A stretch of DNA of 64,000 nucleotides from a virus. Lineage: Duplodnaviria; Caudoviricetes. The notes under the pieces were generated by a model that saw only the letters and a list, made by a program, of their open reading frames with translations, searched no databases and was not told the DNA's origin. Of this stretch, positions 9,544 to 19,574 are shown in pieces. The translations under genes and the position numbers were made by a program. The stretch's first letter is position 1. Each line of letters opens with the position of its first letter. The stretch lies in IMG/VR virus record IMGVR_UViG_3300028048_003161; one strand, given 5' to 3'.

Positions 9544-11004
9544 ATGGTAGGAATACATAAATCAGCATTTAGACCTTGCATGGATAAAGTGAATGGAGTC
9601 TTAAGATTAAGAAAAATTAGCACAGATACAGAGGATCTAGCAGGAGAGAAAGTAAATGACAATAACTATACAGATTATAGCACTATTGATGAAATGTTTG
9701 ATAGTTTTAGATCAGACAATAGGGTTGTAACCCAGTTTATGTGCAGAACATGTGATATAGTTTACAGAATAGTTGAAGCATACAGGGATAAAAACAATGC
9801 ATATATCATGGAGCATACAGAATATCATAAGGACTTATTAGAGTTAGCATATAGGTGGTATGCATGGGAATCACTTAAAAGCAAAGACAAGTGTGTAAAG
9901 ACATACTTTAGAGAAGATATGACACCTGAGAGAATAGTAGACAAGGAGAGCAGAAGATATAAGCTTGCAGCAACAGTGAAGGACAAGGGTGAAAAATTAA
10001 GGGTACTTGGTATTTGGAGTAGTGTACCTAGTGAATATGAAGCTGACATTAAGAAAGAAGTGGTTCAGCATTACTTTGGAATAGAAAGCAGTAATGATGA
10101 ATTGTTTATACTTAGTGCAGTTAAACTTGCAAGAGAGATTGATAAGGACTTCTACAATAAAGGGGTTAATCTTGGTTTGGTTTATGATCACACAATAGAG
10201 TCTGGGTTGCAAATTATCAAAGGAAGATACCTTGACATTAACACTAGTAGTCGTATAGTATTATGTGAGTTGTTTGCTAGTGATGGAGTAAACAAGTTCT
10301 TTATTGGTATAGCTGAATGGCATGGGCTAATGACTAACCTGCTTAGTGTATATCAGCAATTTGCAGTACGTATTGGTGGAAAGACATATGATATATCATC
10401 ACCAAGCATTACTCATATGAACAAGCGCTATTCAAAGTTTTTACATGCAGACACTTATGGTCTATTGTCAGATAGGGGAGTAAGGGTAACGTATGACACA
10501 GCTGATGAGGCACTTACAGCAATAAGAGAATGCAGTAGTTTTGTTTCTGTTACACATAATCATTTGATGCTGGCATGTGGAGAGTTCTTTAGAACATTTA
10601 AGGATGTAAATCAAGAAGAAAGTAAATTTAGAGAATACATATATGGTACTACTAAATACTCCGATGATGCAGGAGATATACTTCATTATTTACTAGGGTC
10701 ATATGTAGAAAATTATGTATTAACATATGAGAATACTGACATGGCATTGGAGGTAGCACATGAGGCAGGGTTTATTATGTGTAATAAACAGGGTTTTTGC
10801 CTTGAGTTTCCAGATATAGAGGATGCATACATAGGTGATAAAATACTTGAGCAGTGGTTAACAAAAGATGAGCTTAAGAAATTAAGGACAAGTGACAGGG
10901 ATAGAGAGATGCTATGGCTTGCAGCTTATAGGATTGCAATGAATCTTAGGACAGAATACATGAAATATTCTGAAGTTATGAGTGACTCGTGGGATAGACT
11001 TTAA
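9544..11004 (+). CDS. hypothetical protein, paralog family A
   Basis: ILEQWLTKDELK...LAAYRIA; GLVYDHTIESG resembles DVVYQHGIDTG in 7796. Confidence 0.85.
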   Translation: MVGIHKSAFRPCMDKVNGVLRLRKISTDTEDLAGEKVNDNNYTDYSTIDEMFDSFRSDNRVVTQFMCRTCDIVYRIVEAYRDKNNAYIMEHTEYHKDLLELAYRWYAWESLKSKDKCVKTYFREDMTPERIVDKESRRYKLAATVKDKGEKLRVLGIWSSVPSEYEADIKKEVVQHYFGIESSNDELFILSAVKLAREIDKDFYNKGVNLGLVYDHTIESGLQIIKGRYLDINTSSRIVLCELFASDGVNKFFIGIAEWHGLMTNLLSVYQQFAVRIGGKTYDISSPSITHMNKRYSKFLHADTYGLLSDRGVRVTYDTADEALTAIRECSSFVSVTHNHLMLACGEFFRTFKDVNQEESKFREYIYGTTKYSDDAGDILHYLLGSYVENYVLTYENTDMALEVAHEAGFIMCNKQGFCLEFPDIEDAYIGDKILEQWLTKDELKKLRTSDRDREMLWLAAYRIAMNLRTEYMKYSEVMSDSWDRL

Positions 11005-11071
11005 GTAGGACATTGGTATCAAGAGGAAGAGTATTTTAATTAAAATTTGTTTGGTTTGGAGGCATATAGAA

Positions 11072-11662
11072 ATGGGCAGTAAGAAAGCAAAAAGACTCGC
11101 TAAAAGAATGGCACAGCAGGCTGGTTTAGAGTCAGCATTTGAGGATGAAAGTATTGACATGGGGAATGAAAACGTAAGCAGTATGGGAGTTACTAGCTTT
11201 GATGAGGTTGCATTAGATAGAGGAATAAAAGCACTTGTAGATAAAAGAATCAAGAAAGTTTGTAAGAAATACAATGAGGATGAGCCTCTGGACATTCAGG
11301 GAATTAGGAATGAAATTGGGGCATATGCAGCTACACATACAGTTAAGCATTGTAGTTTAGTAGGAGCAGAGTTTGAGACACTTGATGACTTTTTATCTTA
11401 TGTGGAGTCATTAAAAGGTTGCTCAGTGTTTGTAGAACAGCATGAGGAATATATTGCAGCAGACACAACTGGATTGAGTGATAGCATTTCTGAATATGTG
11501 GATAAGGCAATCAGAAAGAAAGGTTTAACCTTTGATATGGTAACTTTCAGTACAGGTGATGCATATATTAGAATTAAGAGCAGAGAGAAGAAATATGGAC
11601 TTAATAAGTTAGGTAAGAGACTCATTGATGATATATACACTATGGGATTGTATGAGTCATGA
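11072..11662 (+). CDS. hypothetical protein
   Basis: GGAGG RBS before ATG at 11072; contains EFETLDDF, like the family A motif. Confidence 0.75.
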   Translation: MGSKKAKRLAKRMAQQAGLESAFEDESIDMGNENVSSMGVTSFDEVALDRGIKALVDKRIKKVCKKYNEDEPLDIQGIRNEIGAYAATHTVKHCSLVGAEFETLDDFLSYVESLKGCSVFVEQHEEYIAADTTGLSDSISEYVDKAIRKKGLTFDMVTFSTGDAYIRIKSREKKYGLNKLGKRLIDDIYTMGLYES

Positions 11663-11776
11663 GATAGAATGTACCAAATCAGTGAAGAAATGGGAGCAGA
11701 CACAGGTAAAATCATTTGAACATAGTAATGTTAAGGTAGTTGCATAGTAAAATAAAAAGAAATTTCGTTAAGAATT

Positions 11777-11815
11777 TAAGACAAGCATTGAGTTAAAAAG
11801 TGCTTGTCTTATTTT
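11777..11815 (+). terminator. rho-independent terminator
   Basis: TAAGACAAGCATT / AGTGCTTGTCTTA stem followed by TTTT. Confidence 0.75.
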
Positions 11816-11832
11816 GTGCTTTGTGATATAAT
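11804..11832 (+). promoter_or_regulatory. sigma-A promoter
   Basis: TTGTCT-17 bp-TATAAT with extended TG. Confidence 0.6.
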
Positions 11833-11875
11833 ACTATTATAGGAAAATTAGAATTGTTGGGCAGGAGGAATAAAT

Positions 11876-13198
11876 TTGGCAGACAGTAATAAAAAGAAGT
11901 TAAACATAGAGTTTAAGGATGATACAATACTGGTAGGACAAGCATACACAGATGTAAATGACTTGTATGTGGACCTTAACTTAGATAATGAGGTCATAGC
12001 ATATATTGTAGGTTGCATGGCAATAAATGCATGGAGATTAAGAAAGCACATTGAAAACATTGAGTACAAGCAGAGAATGTTGTCTGCATGGACACTTTGG
12101 AGGGTACTCGAGGGTTGTTTAGAGGAGGAACTTGACTTCATCTTTGCAGTCACAGATGAAAATGATAATTACATTGGAGTTAAGACACTTATAGGATGGA
12201 GTGACATTGAGACAGTAGGAAAATACATAAATGATGGAAAGATGAGCACTGACAATCCTAGATATGTCATGAATGCAATACTGTCAGAGTGTGAAAGTAA
12301 TGGAGTGGTGCTTAGTAAATTATGTGAAAGAGACAATGGTAGATACGGGATATACTATGATAAGTTTATAAGTGTACCTAATGGTTCAGGTGCAGAGTGG
12401 AGATATAAGGTGAGACTTGACTCACATGGAACTAACATTGGTTTAGAGAAATTGATCAACAGTATTGAATTTTATTACATTCCTGGTGTTACAATAAATG
12501 CAAGTATGACTTTACAAAAAGATATAACTGACATGTGCCATGAAGGTATGGCATTTGAGATGATGCATAATGGCAAGGTAGAAACATTTAATCTCTATGA
12601 TTTGTTGATACCTGACCCTGATGATGTAAATATGACAGTGCAAGATGATTTAGACCACTTTATGGTTGATGATATTACAAGATTTAAAAGGTTTATATAC
12701 ACAGTTACATTTGGTGATTACATTTCATATAGGAGATGTAGCAGTGTTATAACAAGTCACAACAGACTTAATTTCTATTCAGACTTGCTTAGTGCATTAA
12801 GAAATTGGACTGACTTTGATCTTCTCAACTCTGCAATTGTATTAAAATACATGAACTATTTGCTTTACTACAAGCTAGATATCAATAGAGCTATTAAGTT
12901 GGCAAAAGAGACAGGCGGTTTAGTTTTGGATAACATACCTAAACAAGGATTCTACTTTGTTGGAGAGAATGAGTGCATGACACAAACAACTAGGATGAGT
13001 GTAGTAATTAGTGATGAACCAGATATTTCTTTAAGAAGGCTTGCAAGTTATGATGGATTTACACTTAAAGAAGATGAGGGAGAAACCAGTTTATTGTATA
13101 GGGTGCTTAAGAGATATGAGTCAGAAGCAATGAAATGGATGAATGACCCTTGTAATAAATGGGTTATTAGCAAGTACTATAAAGATGGCATATTATAG
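11876..13198 (+). CDS. hypothetical protein, paralog of 13213..14538
   Basis: IVGCMAINAWR, ERDNG...DKFISVP and LASYDGF shared with the next gene. Confidence 0.85.
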   Translation: MADSNKKKLNIEFKDDTILVGQAYTDVNDLYVDLNLDNEVIAYIVGCMAINAWRLRKHIENIEYKQRMLSAWTLWRVLEGCLEEELDFIFAVTDENDNYIGVKTLIGWSDIETVGKYINDGKMSTDNPRYVMNAILSECESNGVVLSKLCERDNGRYGIYYDKFISVPNGSGAEWRYKVRLDSHGTNIGLEKLINSIEFYYIPGVTINASMTLQKDITDMCHEGMAFEMMHNGKVETFNLYDLLIPDPDDVNMTVQDDLDHFMVDDITRFKRFIYTVTFGDYISYRRCSSVITSHNRLNFYSDLLSALRNWTDFDLLNSAIVLKYMNYLLYYKLDINRAIKLAKETGGLVLDNIPKQGFYFVGENECMTQTTRMSVVISDEPDISLRRLASYDGFTLKEDEGETSLLYRVLKRYESEAMKWMNDPCNKWVISKYYKDGIL

Positions 13199-13212
13199 TT
13201 GGAGGAAATGGC

Positions 13213-14538
13213 ATGAGGTTTAATAGTGATAACAATACAGTATGGTTTGACAAGAATTTTAAAAACATTGGTGAGGCATATGCATTTAGTAGAAACAACA
13301 ATGAAATTATATCATTTATAGTTGGTATTATGTGCATCAGCGCTTGGAGAAGATACACCTGTGAGAAGATGGAGTATGCATATGAAAGATTGCATGAATA
13401 TGAGAATAAATATACAGGGCTTATGCTGGCAGCTAAAAATTGCTATGAGGCATTGATAGGTGTGACTGCAAGCATAGCAGGAATGCATAGACATTTTATA
13501 TTTACTAAAACATCTGGTAGAGTAAAAGGCATTAAGATTGAAGCATGTCAGCTTGATACAACATTCACAAGCTCTGCAGAAATAGCTAGTACAATGAATA
13601 AAATAATTCTACAGTGTTATAAGAAAAACATCAGGTTGGGAAGTGTATTTGAGCGTAACAATGGAGAGAAAAGCATTGTATGGGATAGGTTTATTTCAGT
13701 ACCTAAACATGGTGGACAGTGGTTATTTAAGTTGAAGGCAACATCCAGTAAAAGACCTGCATTTGCATATTGGGTAAATCAGCAAATGTTTACACTTGCA
13801 GAGGATGCTGAATACATTGAACCTGTGGGGTGTGAAAAAGTAAACTTACTTGGTGGAACAGATAAGCCTTTTGTAGCAGTGAAGTACAGTGGAAAATGTG
13901 AAATAATCAATACAAATGATGCTGCACTGCCTAGTCCATTAGACATAGGTGTTAGAGTATTTAGACCTGGTGTGTTGGAAAATGGCATGTTTGGAAAAGA
14001 CTATAGAGAAGAGGCAATTACATTTAATACAGCTAGAGACTTTATTCTTTATTTAAGGGCGTATCCAGAAAAGGTAAGAGACACTTGTGATCAATTTTAC
14101 ACAGCAATTTATAATGCAGCTTATTGTTTGTATACAGGTAAAGGGTTTGCTGACTACAATAGTGTAAGGTATTATTACTTTAGATATTTATTATTTACAA
14201 GATTAGGTATTGATATGGCTTGTAAATTGGGAAAGAATACAGGATGTATAAGCACTAAATTCAAAATTAGAGATGCTATAACATTTGGTGATGGACCTGA
14301 AGGCTATATGGTGGACATTGGAACATATGACCTGGATGAGAACATGAATGCAGACATTGCTCATCTTGCAGCATATGAGGGATTTGAAATATCTGGGGAT
14401 CCTTTAGATCAGCTGAAACAGCTTATAACATACTATGCTGATACAGTGAATAATTGGTGCACATATTGGGGTTTAGCAAATACAGGTGTGCTATATAAAT
14501 GGCATGAGGTTGGTTCTGACTGTTTATATTTTAAGTAA
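13213..14538 (+). CDS. hypothetical protein, paralog of 11876..13198
   Basis: IVGIMCISAWR, ERNNG...DRFISVP, LAAYEGF. Confidence 0.85.
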   Translation: MRFNSDNNTVWFDKNFKNIGEAYAFSRNNNEIISFIVGIMCISAWRRYTCEKMEYAYERLHEYENKYTGLMLAAKNCYEALIGVTASIAGMHRHFIFTKTSGRVKGIKIEACQLDTTFTSSAEIASTMNKIILQCYKKNIRLGSVFERNNGEKSIVWDRFISVPKHGGQWLFKLKATSSKRPAFAYWVNQQMFTLAEDAEYIEPVGCEKVNLLGGTDKPFVAVKYSGKCEIINTNDAALPSPLDIGVRVFRPGVLENGMFGKDYREEAITFNTARDFILYLRAYPEKVRDTCDQFYTAIYNAAYCLYTGKGFADYNSVRYYYFRYLLFTRLGIDMACKLGKNTGCISTKFKIRDAITFGDGPEGYMVDIGTYDLDENMNADIAHLAAYEGFEISGDPLDQLKQLITYYADTVNNWCTYWGLANTGVLYKWHEVGSDCLYFK

Positions 14539-14551
14539 TTTGTGGTATAAT
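14523..14551 (+). promoter_or_regulatory. extended -10 promoter of the truncated methyltransferase
   Basis: TGGTATAAT at 14543-14551, with TTTATA 17 bp upstream of the -10 hexamer. Confidence 0.55.
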
Positions 14552-14574
14552 AGAGGTAGGAAAAGAGGAACAAG

Positions 14575-15519
14575 ATGAAATTTAGTATTGTCATTGGAAA
14601 TCCTCCTTATAACAAGGGGATGGATATAAATTTCATACAGATAGGATACAAGATCAGTAGAGAGGTTTGTTGCATGATAGTTCCTGCAAAGTGGCAAACA
14701 GCAGATGATGAGTACAGTGGGACAAATTATGCTAACTTTAGAAAAGAAATAGTTCAGCATATGAAAGAAGTGGTATTTTATCCTTGTAGCAAGGATATCT
14801 TCGATATATTACAAGTAGATGGAATTACATACTTCTTATTAGACAAAGAGGTACATGAGAAATGTCTAGTGTCTAACAGATGTAGTGTGTATAAAACACT
14901 AGAAAGTGATGGAATATACAGAGATATAAGAAACAGACAGAGTTTATTAAACTTTGTTGACAATATAATAAATAGACTTGGGCAGTATGAGAAATTTAGG
15001 TTCAATCATATAAGTATGGGCAGCAGGTTCAGAGTTTATATGAACAATAAGGCAGGTGGTGGAGCGTTTGCAAGTGCAGACATAACAGAGGGATGTAAGG
15101 ATAGGGAAACTAGAAAAGTGTTCTTTACAGGTGCAAGTTATATAGAGGACACTTTGGGAATAGATAAGACATGTGGGATTCATAGAGAGAATAGGACAGC
15201 TGAACAGTTAGTTTTTACATCAGACAGTAAGGAAGAATGTGAGAACTTTATAATGTATTTGAATACAAGGTTTGTTCAGATGTTACTTTCTGGAAATCAG
15301 AGTAAACTTAGTTGCATTTTGACAGATGATTGTTTCAGGTTTGTACCTAGCATTGAAAATGAAATTGGTACAGATGGGAAAATAGGGTACCAACATAAGT
15401 GGACTGACGAGGAATTATATGAGAAATATAACATCACAGAGAAAGAACAGAGAGACATTGAAAGTTATGTAAATAGACGTGAGAATTATGGATTGATGAA
15501 AGAGAAAGATGGTGAATAA
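14575..15519 (+). CDS. Eco57I-like N6-adenine DNA methyltransferase, catalytic and TRD half only (no motif I)
   Basis: Starts MKFSIVIGNPPYN; PAKWQ and C-terminal FRFVP...WTDEELY present; lacks the ~140 aa N-terminal part of its paralogs. Confidence 0.8.
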   Translation: MKFSIVIGNPPYNKGMDINFIQIGYKISREVCCMIVPAKWQTADDEYSGTNYANFRKEIVQHMKEVVFYPCSKDIFDILQVDGITYFLLDKEVHEKCLVSNRCSVYKTLESDGIYRDIRNRQSLLNFVDNIINRLGQYEKFRFNHISMGSRFRVYMNNKAGGGAFASADITEGCKDRETRKVFFTGASYIEDTLGIDKTCGIHRENRTAEQLVFTSDSKEECENFIMYLNTRFVQMLLSGNQSKLSCILTDDCFRFVPSIENEIGTDGKIGYQHKWTDEELYEKYNITEKEQRDIESYVNRRENYGLMKEKDGE

Positions 15520-15844
15520 CATGTATTATAGATATGTTGGCAGAAGACTAAATGGAACAGACATTAGATTTAAGGGCATATTTGAGATCTTTACACCTGA
15601 CGAACGAAGAAAGTGGAGCAGTTGTTTGGCTACACCTAAATGGTACAGCGAGCATCCTGGTGTTGAGACTGAGGCGTGGTTTACTCAACATGGATATGAT
15701 AAGTGGCATGGCAAAATGGATGCAATAATCAATGATTTCTTAGATGCATACGGTAGAAATAATTATGAGGTACATTTATTAAGGGTAGAGACATTAAATA
15801 ACATCGTGTCTAAAGGAAAGACACAGTGTATTGTGAGAGTGTAA
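15509..15844 (+). CDS. hypothetical protein
   Basis: 111 aa ORF overlapping the methyltransferase stop. Confidence 0.7.
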   Translation: MVNNMYYRYVGRRLNGTDIRFKGIFEIFTPDERRKWSSCLATPKWYSEHPGVETEAWFTQHGYDKWHGKMDAIINDFLDAYGRNNYEVHLLRVETLNNIVSKGKTQCIVRV

Positions 15845-15891
15845 CAGTTAGAAATAGAAGTAGGACAGTTAAAATATCTGGGGGAGATACA

Positions 15892-16521
15892 TTGAACAGA
15901 AAAGTGTTTAACATTAACAACTTAAAGAATTGCATACTTATACAAAGATGGGATGGAGATATAGGCATTATTGACCTTGAGTATACCATTGGTACAACTG
16001 AAGTGATAGACTATGATTTCTATAACATACCTGATGGAAGTAATATAGAGTTCATTGTTGGAGCAGGCAGGACATATGAGAAAATGAGTGAGGACAGAGC
16101 AATGGTATTTAATAAACATAAGCTCAAAGAGGATGATCAATCAATATTTCCGTTATACAATAAGGAATATGACTATGTTGACATTCATAAAAACAATGAT
16201 CTTATCTTTTGGGATGGCAAGAACTTAACAGATGTAATGTTAGACGTATGTAATAAAAAGATATCTTATATGTGTACTAAGGTATGCAGTTTACTGCTAG
16301 AGAATAACAGTGGTTATAGGACAGTTGATAGGTTTGATACACTTCTGTCTAGGAGAGATACAGTAGAGTTAATAGATAAGACAGGATTCATTACAGATCT
16401 GACTAGTGAGTATGATATAGCAAACATGCTTAAAGGAGAAGAAATCATGTATTTTAAGCATGGTCCTTTCAACATTGTGTATCAACCTCGAAAAATAAGT
16501 GTAAGGAACATTCCATTTTAA
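15892..16521 (+). CDS. hypothetical protein, MLG-motif family
   Basis: TTG start after GGGGAG; FNINNLKNCILIQRWDG matches the next gene; ITDLTSEYDIANMLKG. Confidence 0.75.
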   Translation: MNRKVFNINNLKNCILIQRWDGDIGIIDLEYTIGTTEVIDYDFYNIPDGSNIEFIVGAGRTYEKMSEDRAMVFNKHKLKEDDQSIFPLYNKEYDYVDIHKNNDLIFWDGKNLTDVMLDVCNKKISYMCTKVCSLLLENNSGYRTVDRFDTLLSRRDTVELIDKTGFITDLTSEYDIANMLKGEEIMYFKHGPFNIVYQPRKISVRNIPF

Positions 16522-16542
16522 GAATGAAAGGTAGATGGTACA

Positions 16543-17211
16543 GTGAGAAAAGAGAAGTTTGACATTGACAATTTAAGAGATTGTATAGTAATACATAGAT
16601 ATGATGGGAGCATTGACATTATTGATATAAGACAGGCAAGAGAGAAAGATAGAGTTATTGAGTCTGAATACTATGTCATACCTGAAGAAAGCAATATTGG
16701 GTTTATTACAGGCATCAATAGAAAATATGTTACAGATAATAGAGAAGCATTAGGGCTTGCACTTGTTTATAATAACAGTAAGTTTAAGAGATCTAGCATG
16801 AATGTTATTGGTTATACAAGATGCTCATTACATTATAGGGACAATAGTGCATATGATAAGTTTATTATATACAATGGGGATAGCTTAAGAGATGCAGTCA
16901 AGGTTAAAATAGACAACACAGATCTTGAGTTTGAGGTAGTTGGTGATTTTGCTATTTGTAAAATGGCTATTTTACCAAGTATAGCTATTGTACCAAGTAT
17001 TGATATAAGATATACATATGTTAATAATTTTAGTACACTAGTTTCTAAAGATGATACAATTGAATTGATAGATTCAGCAGGTAATACTAGAGATTTAACA
17101 TATGAATGTGATGTACATGCAATGACAAGCGAAGAAGATAAGTACAGAATTATGCTTAATGAACTTGCTATATACATTGAGAATGAGAATCTATGCATTT
17201 CGAGACTATAG
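16543..17211 (+). CDS. hypothetical protein, paralog of 15892
   Basis: FDIDNLRDCIVIHRYDG; FSTLVSKDDTIELID. Confidence 0.8.
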   Translation: MRKEKFDIDNLRDCIVIHRYDGSIDIIDIRQAREKDRVIESEYYVIPEESNIGFITGINRKYVTDNREALGLALVYNNSKFKRSSMNVIGYTRCSLHYRDNSAYDKFIIYNGDSLRDAVKVKIDNTDLEFEVVGDFAICKMAILPSIAIVPSIDIRYTYVNNFSTLVSKDDTIELIDSAGNTRDLTYECDVHAMTSEEDKYRIMLNELAIYIENENLCISRL

Positions 17212-17225
17212 TATGATACATTGAT

Positions 17226-17504
17226 ATGAGGAGAAAGTTCCTAGAGAAACTAGACAAAGATAGTTTAATTGAGAGGCTTATGATAGCTGAAGAGTTACTC
17301 AACGAGGAAAAAGCAGATGCACGAGAATGGACAGGTTCAGACGGTATGCTAGGAAAAATTAGCAGTATTGTTTATAACGAAAACAGCGTTAATTATGATA
17401 AGGAACTTGCTGAAAAGTGGACAGACTTAATAAACAAAATTGAAGTCATGTCATTTGGAGCAACTTACAGAATAAATGAGAGGATACAACACTATGATAA
17501 ATAG
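17226..17504 (+). CDS. hypothetical protein
   Basis: 92 aa ORF in the gene run. Confidence 0.65.
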   Translation: MRRKFLEKLDKDSLIERLMIAEELLNEEKADAREWTGSDGMLGKISSIVYNENSVNYDKELAEKWTDLINKIEVMSFGATYRINERIQHYDK

Positions 17505-18432
17505 AGAGATACAGAGTTTCTGTGTACAGGGCACTAGAAAATCACATGCAGACTTGAATGGTAATACACATGATATGAGAGTATTAGAATTTGAGACTAG
17601 TCGTGGTTTAAATAATAAAATGCAATACAAAAGTTTAACTACAACTGGTAGAATAGATTTTGTACAGGATGGTTTATGGGATCAGCGTTACAATGTTATA
17701 ATAAGAGACAATGACTATGATGACATTAAGCATCCACATTTTGATTCTTTGAAATTAAACCAGATTACATTAACATGCCCTAATGATACAGATATAAAAT
17801 TGAATGTACTTTGGAATGACGGAACTAAGGAGGTTATAGACATAGTAGGTGACCTTTTTACACATGTAATGTTAGGATTTAATCATTATGCTACAAGAAT
17901 AGGCTGCTATGAAATTACACTAACACTTACAGATGATTCATTGATCATGTGGCTAACAGACATGTCTAGATTTGACTACGTTAAATGGGTAGAAGTTCAG
18001 CAGGTCAAGAAAGAGGACAACAGGGTTGTGTTTGACTTTGATGCATATGATAGTAAAGATAAGTTGTCATGTGATAAGTTTAAGGGCAGTAACTCAAAAC
18101 TAATGTGCAGTGGTCATATTGTGTTTAATACAGATCATAAAACACTGACAGCAGAGACAAGAGGTTATGATGCATATGGATTAAGAGAATATGACCTTAA
18201 TAAAATGAAAGATGAGAGGGTACTGTATATTGAATTGGATGATACCAGTGATACAGAAGTGAAGATCATGGGAGAGTTGGAGAATGGCAGTATCATAAAT
18301 ATGAATGTACGTGAGGTATTGGACATGTATGCAAGACATGTGATAAATGACAATGAAATAAATTGTGGAGCATTAAAAGTCATAGTAGATTGGGGTAAAA
18401 TTGTGATTAAACTTTCACATAACTTGTATTGA
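17476..18432 (+). CDS. hypothetical protein, MLG-motif family (two motif copies)
   Basis: EVIDIVGDLFTHVMLG and IINMNVREVLDMYA. Confidence 0.75.
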   Translation: MRGYNTMINREIQSFCVQGTRKSHADLNGNTHDMRVLEFETSRGLNNKMQYKSLTTTGRIDFVQDGLWDQRYNVIIRDNDYDDIKHPHFDSLKLNQITLTCPNDTDIKLNVLWNDGTKEVIDIVGDLFTHVMLGFNHYATRIGCYEITLTLTDDSLIMWLTDMSRFDYVKWVEVQQVKKEDNRVVFDFDAYDSKDKLSCDKFKGSNSKLMCSGHIVFNTDHKTLTAETRGYDAYGLREYDLNKMKDERVLYIELDDTSDTEVKIMGELENGSIINMNVREVLDMYARHVINDNEINCGALKVIVDWGKIVIKLSHNLY

Positions 18433-18493
18433 GGGGGAATGATGCATAGGACTAAACTTGACAGGCACACAATAAAGAAGATGAGGCAGTGAT

Positions 18494-18837
18494 ATGAATG
18501 AGCTAAGAGATTGTGTAGTAGTAGAGTTCACTAATGGTATCAAGTTTTACATTGGGTTTGACAGTAGTAATAAAAAATAGAACATTGGGGAATATGACTT
18601 ATGTGCATATTTAGGTGAAATTGGCATATATAATAAGTTAATGAAGCATCTAAAGGATGAAAATAGTGCATTGGGTAGTTTATGTGTTCCTGTGGAGAGA
18701 TACTTGACATATTGGAAGATATATGTATACAGGAAATGTTAGGATATGAACTTATGGATAAAGTAGAGTTCAGTTATGCAAGTGGAGCTGGCACACTTAG
18801 TTTAGCAGTGAAATGTGCAAATGAGAGTGTGCAATAA
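18494..18837 (+). pseudogene. degraded MLG-family gene
   Basis: MNELRDCVVVEF..., in-frame TAG at 18578, then a frameshift into GEILDILEDICIQEMLGY... Confidence 0.55.
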
Positions 18838-18940
18838 CAGTAAAAACTGCATTTAGATATAATAATTATAATTTAATTATTAAAATACAGATCAAAGACA
18901 AGCTAAGAAAAGCAATGAGCATATAAAAGGAGAAAAAGAC

Positions 18941-19465
18941 ATGGTAAATGGTTTATTTGTACGTATCAGATCAAAAGAGACAGAAGAAGTTTTATTAAAG
19001 TGTCCCCTGTCTGAAAAGGTTAGCTCAGATGATATAGAGGCAATCAAAACAGAGTGTGAGCAGTGCGGAATCAAGTTAGTGGACAGTATAGTTCCTGAAT
19101 CCTCAAGATTAGCTAGTAACTCTACATTTTGGACAGTCTTGTGGGATGATTACAATTATGTAGCATTAGAAGTTGGAATATATGACCAGTATTTGTATGA
19201 TGTTACAGTGGCTTGGGATGAAAGCAGGCATATGGCAGAGGTTGTTTGGACTGATGATAATGGAGAAGAGCAGGTATTTGATTTAGCATCACAGCGTGAA
19301 TTAAGTGCAATGCTTGGTCAGGAATCTTGGAATACAGACTTTGGATGTAAACTGACACCTGGTAAATTGGAGGACAAGCAGGTGTTTAACTTGGATACAA
19401 ATGAAGTAGAGAATATGGAATACAGTAGTGCAGTGATTACAGTGAGAGAATCAGAGGATAAATAA
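18941..19465 (+). CDS. hypothetical protein, MLG-motif family
   Basis: EQVFDLASQRELSAMLG. Confidence 0.8.
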   Translation: MVNGLFVRIRSKETEEVLLKCPLSEKVSSDDIEAIKTECEQCGIKLVDSIVPESSRLASNSTFWTVLWDDYNYVALEVGIYDQYLYDVTVAWDESRHMAEVVWTDDNGEEQVFDLASQRELSAMLGQESWNTDFGCKLTPGKLEDKQVFNLDTNEVENMEYSSAVITVRESEDK

Positions 19466-19494
19466 AAGAGCGTGCAGTTGGAGCATTGAAAAAA

Positions 19495-19544
19495 TAAATA
19501 AGCCTGTGTCATAGGAAATAAAACCATGACACTAGGTTTATTTT
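19495..19544 (+). terminator. rho-independent terminator
   Basis: AAATAAGCCTGTGTCAT...ATGACACTAGGTTTATTTT. Confidence 0.7.
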
Positions 19545-19574
19545 AGCACTTGGGTAATTGCAGGAGCATAGGGA

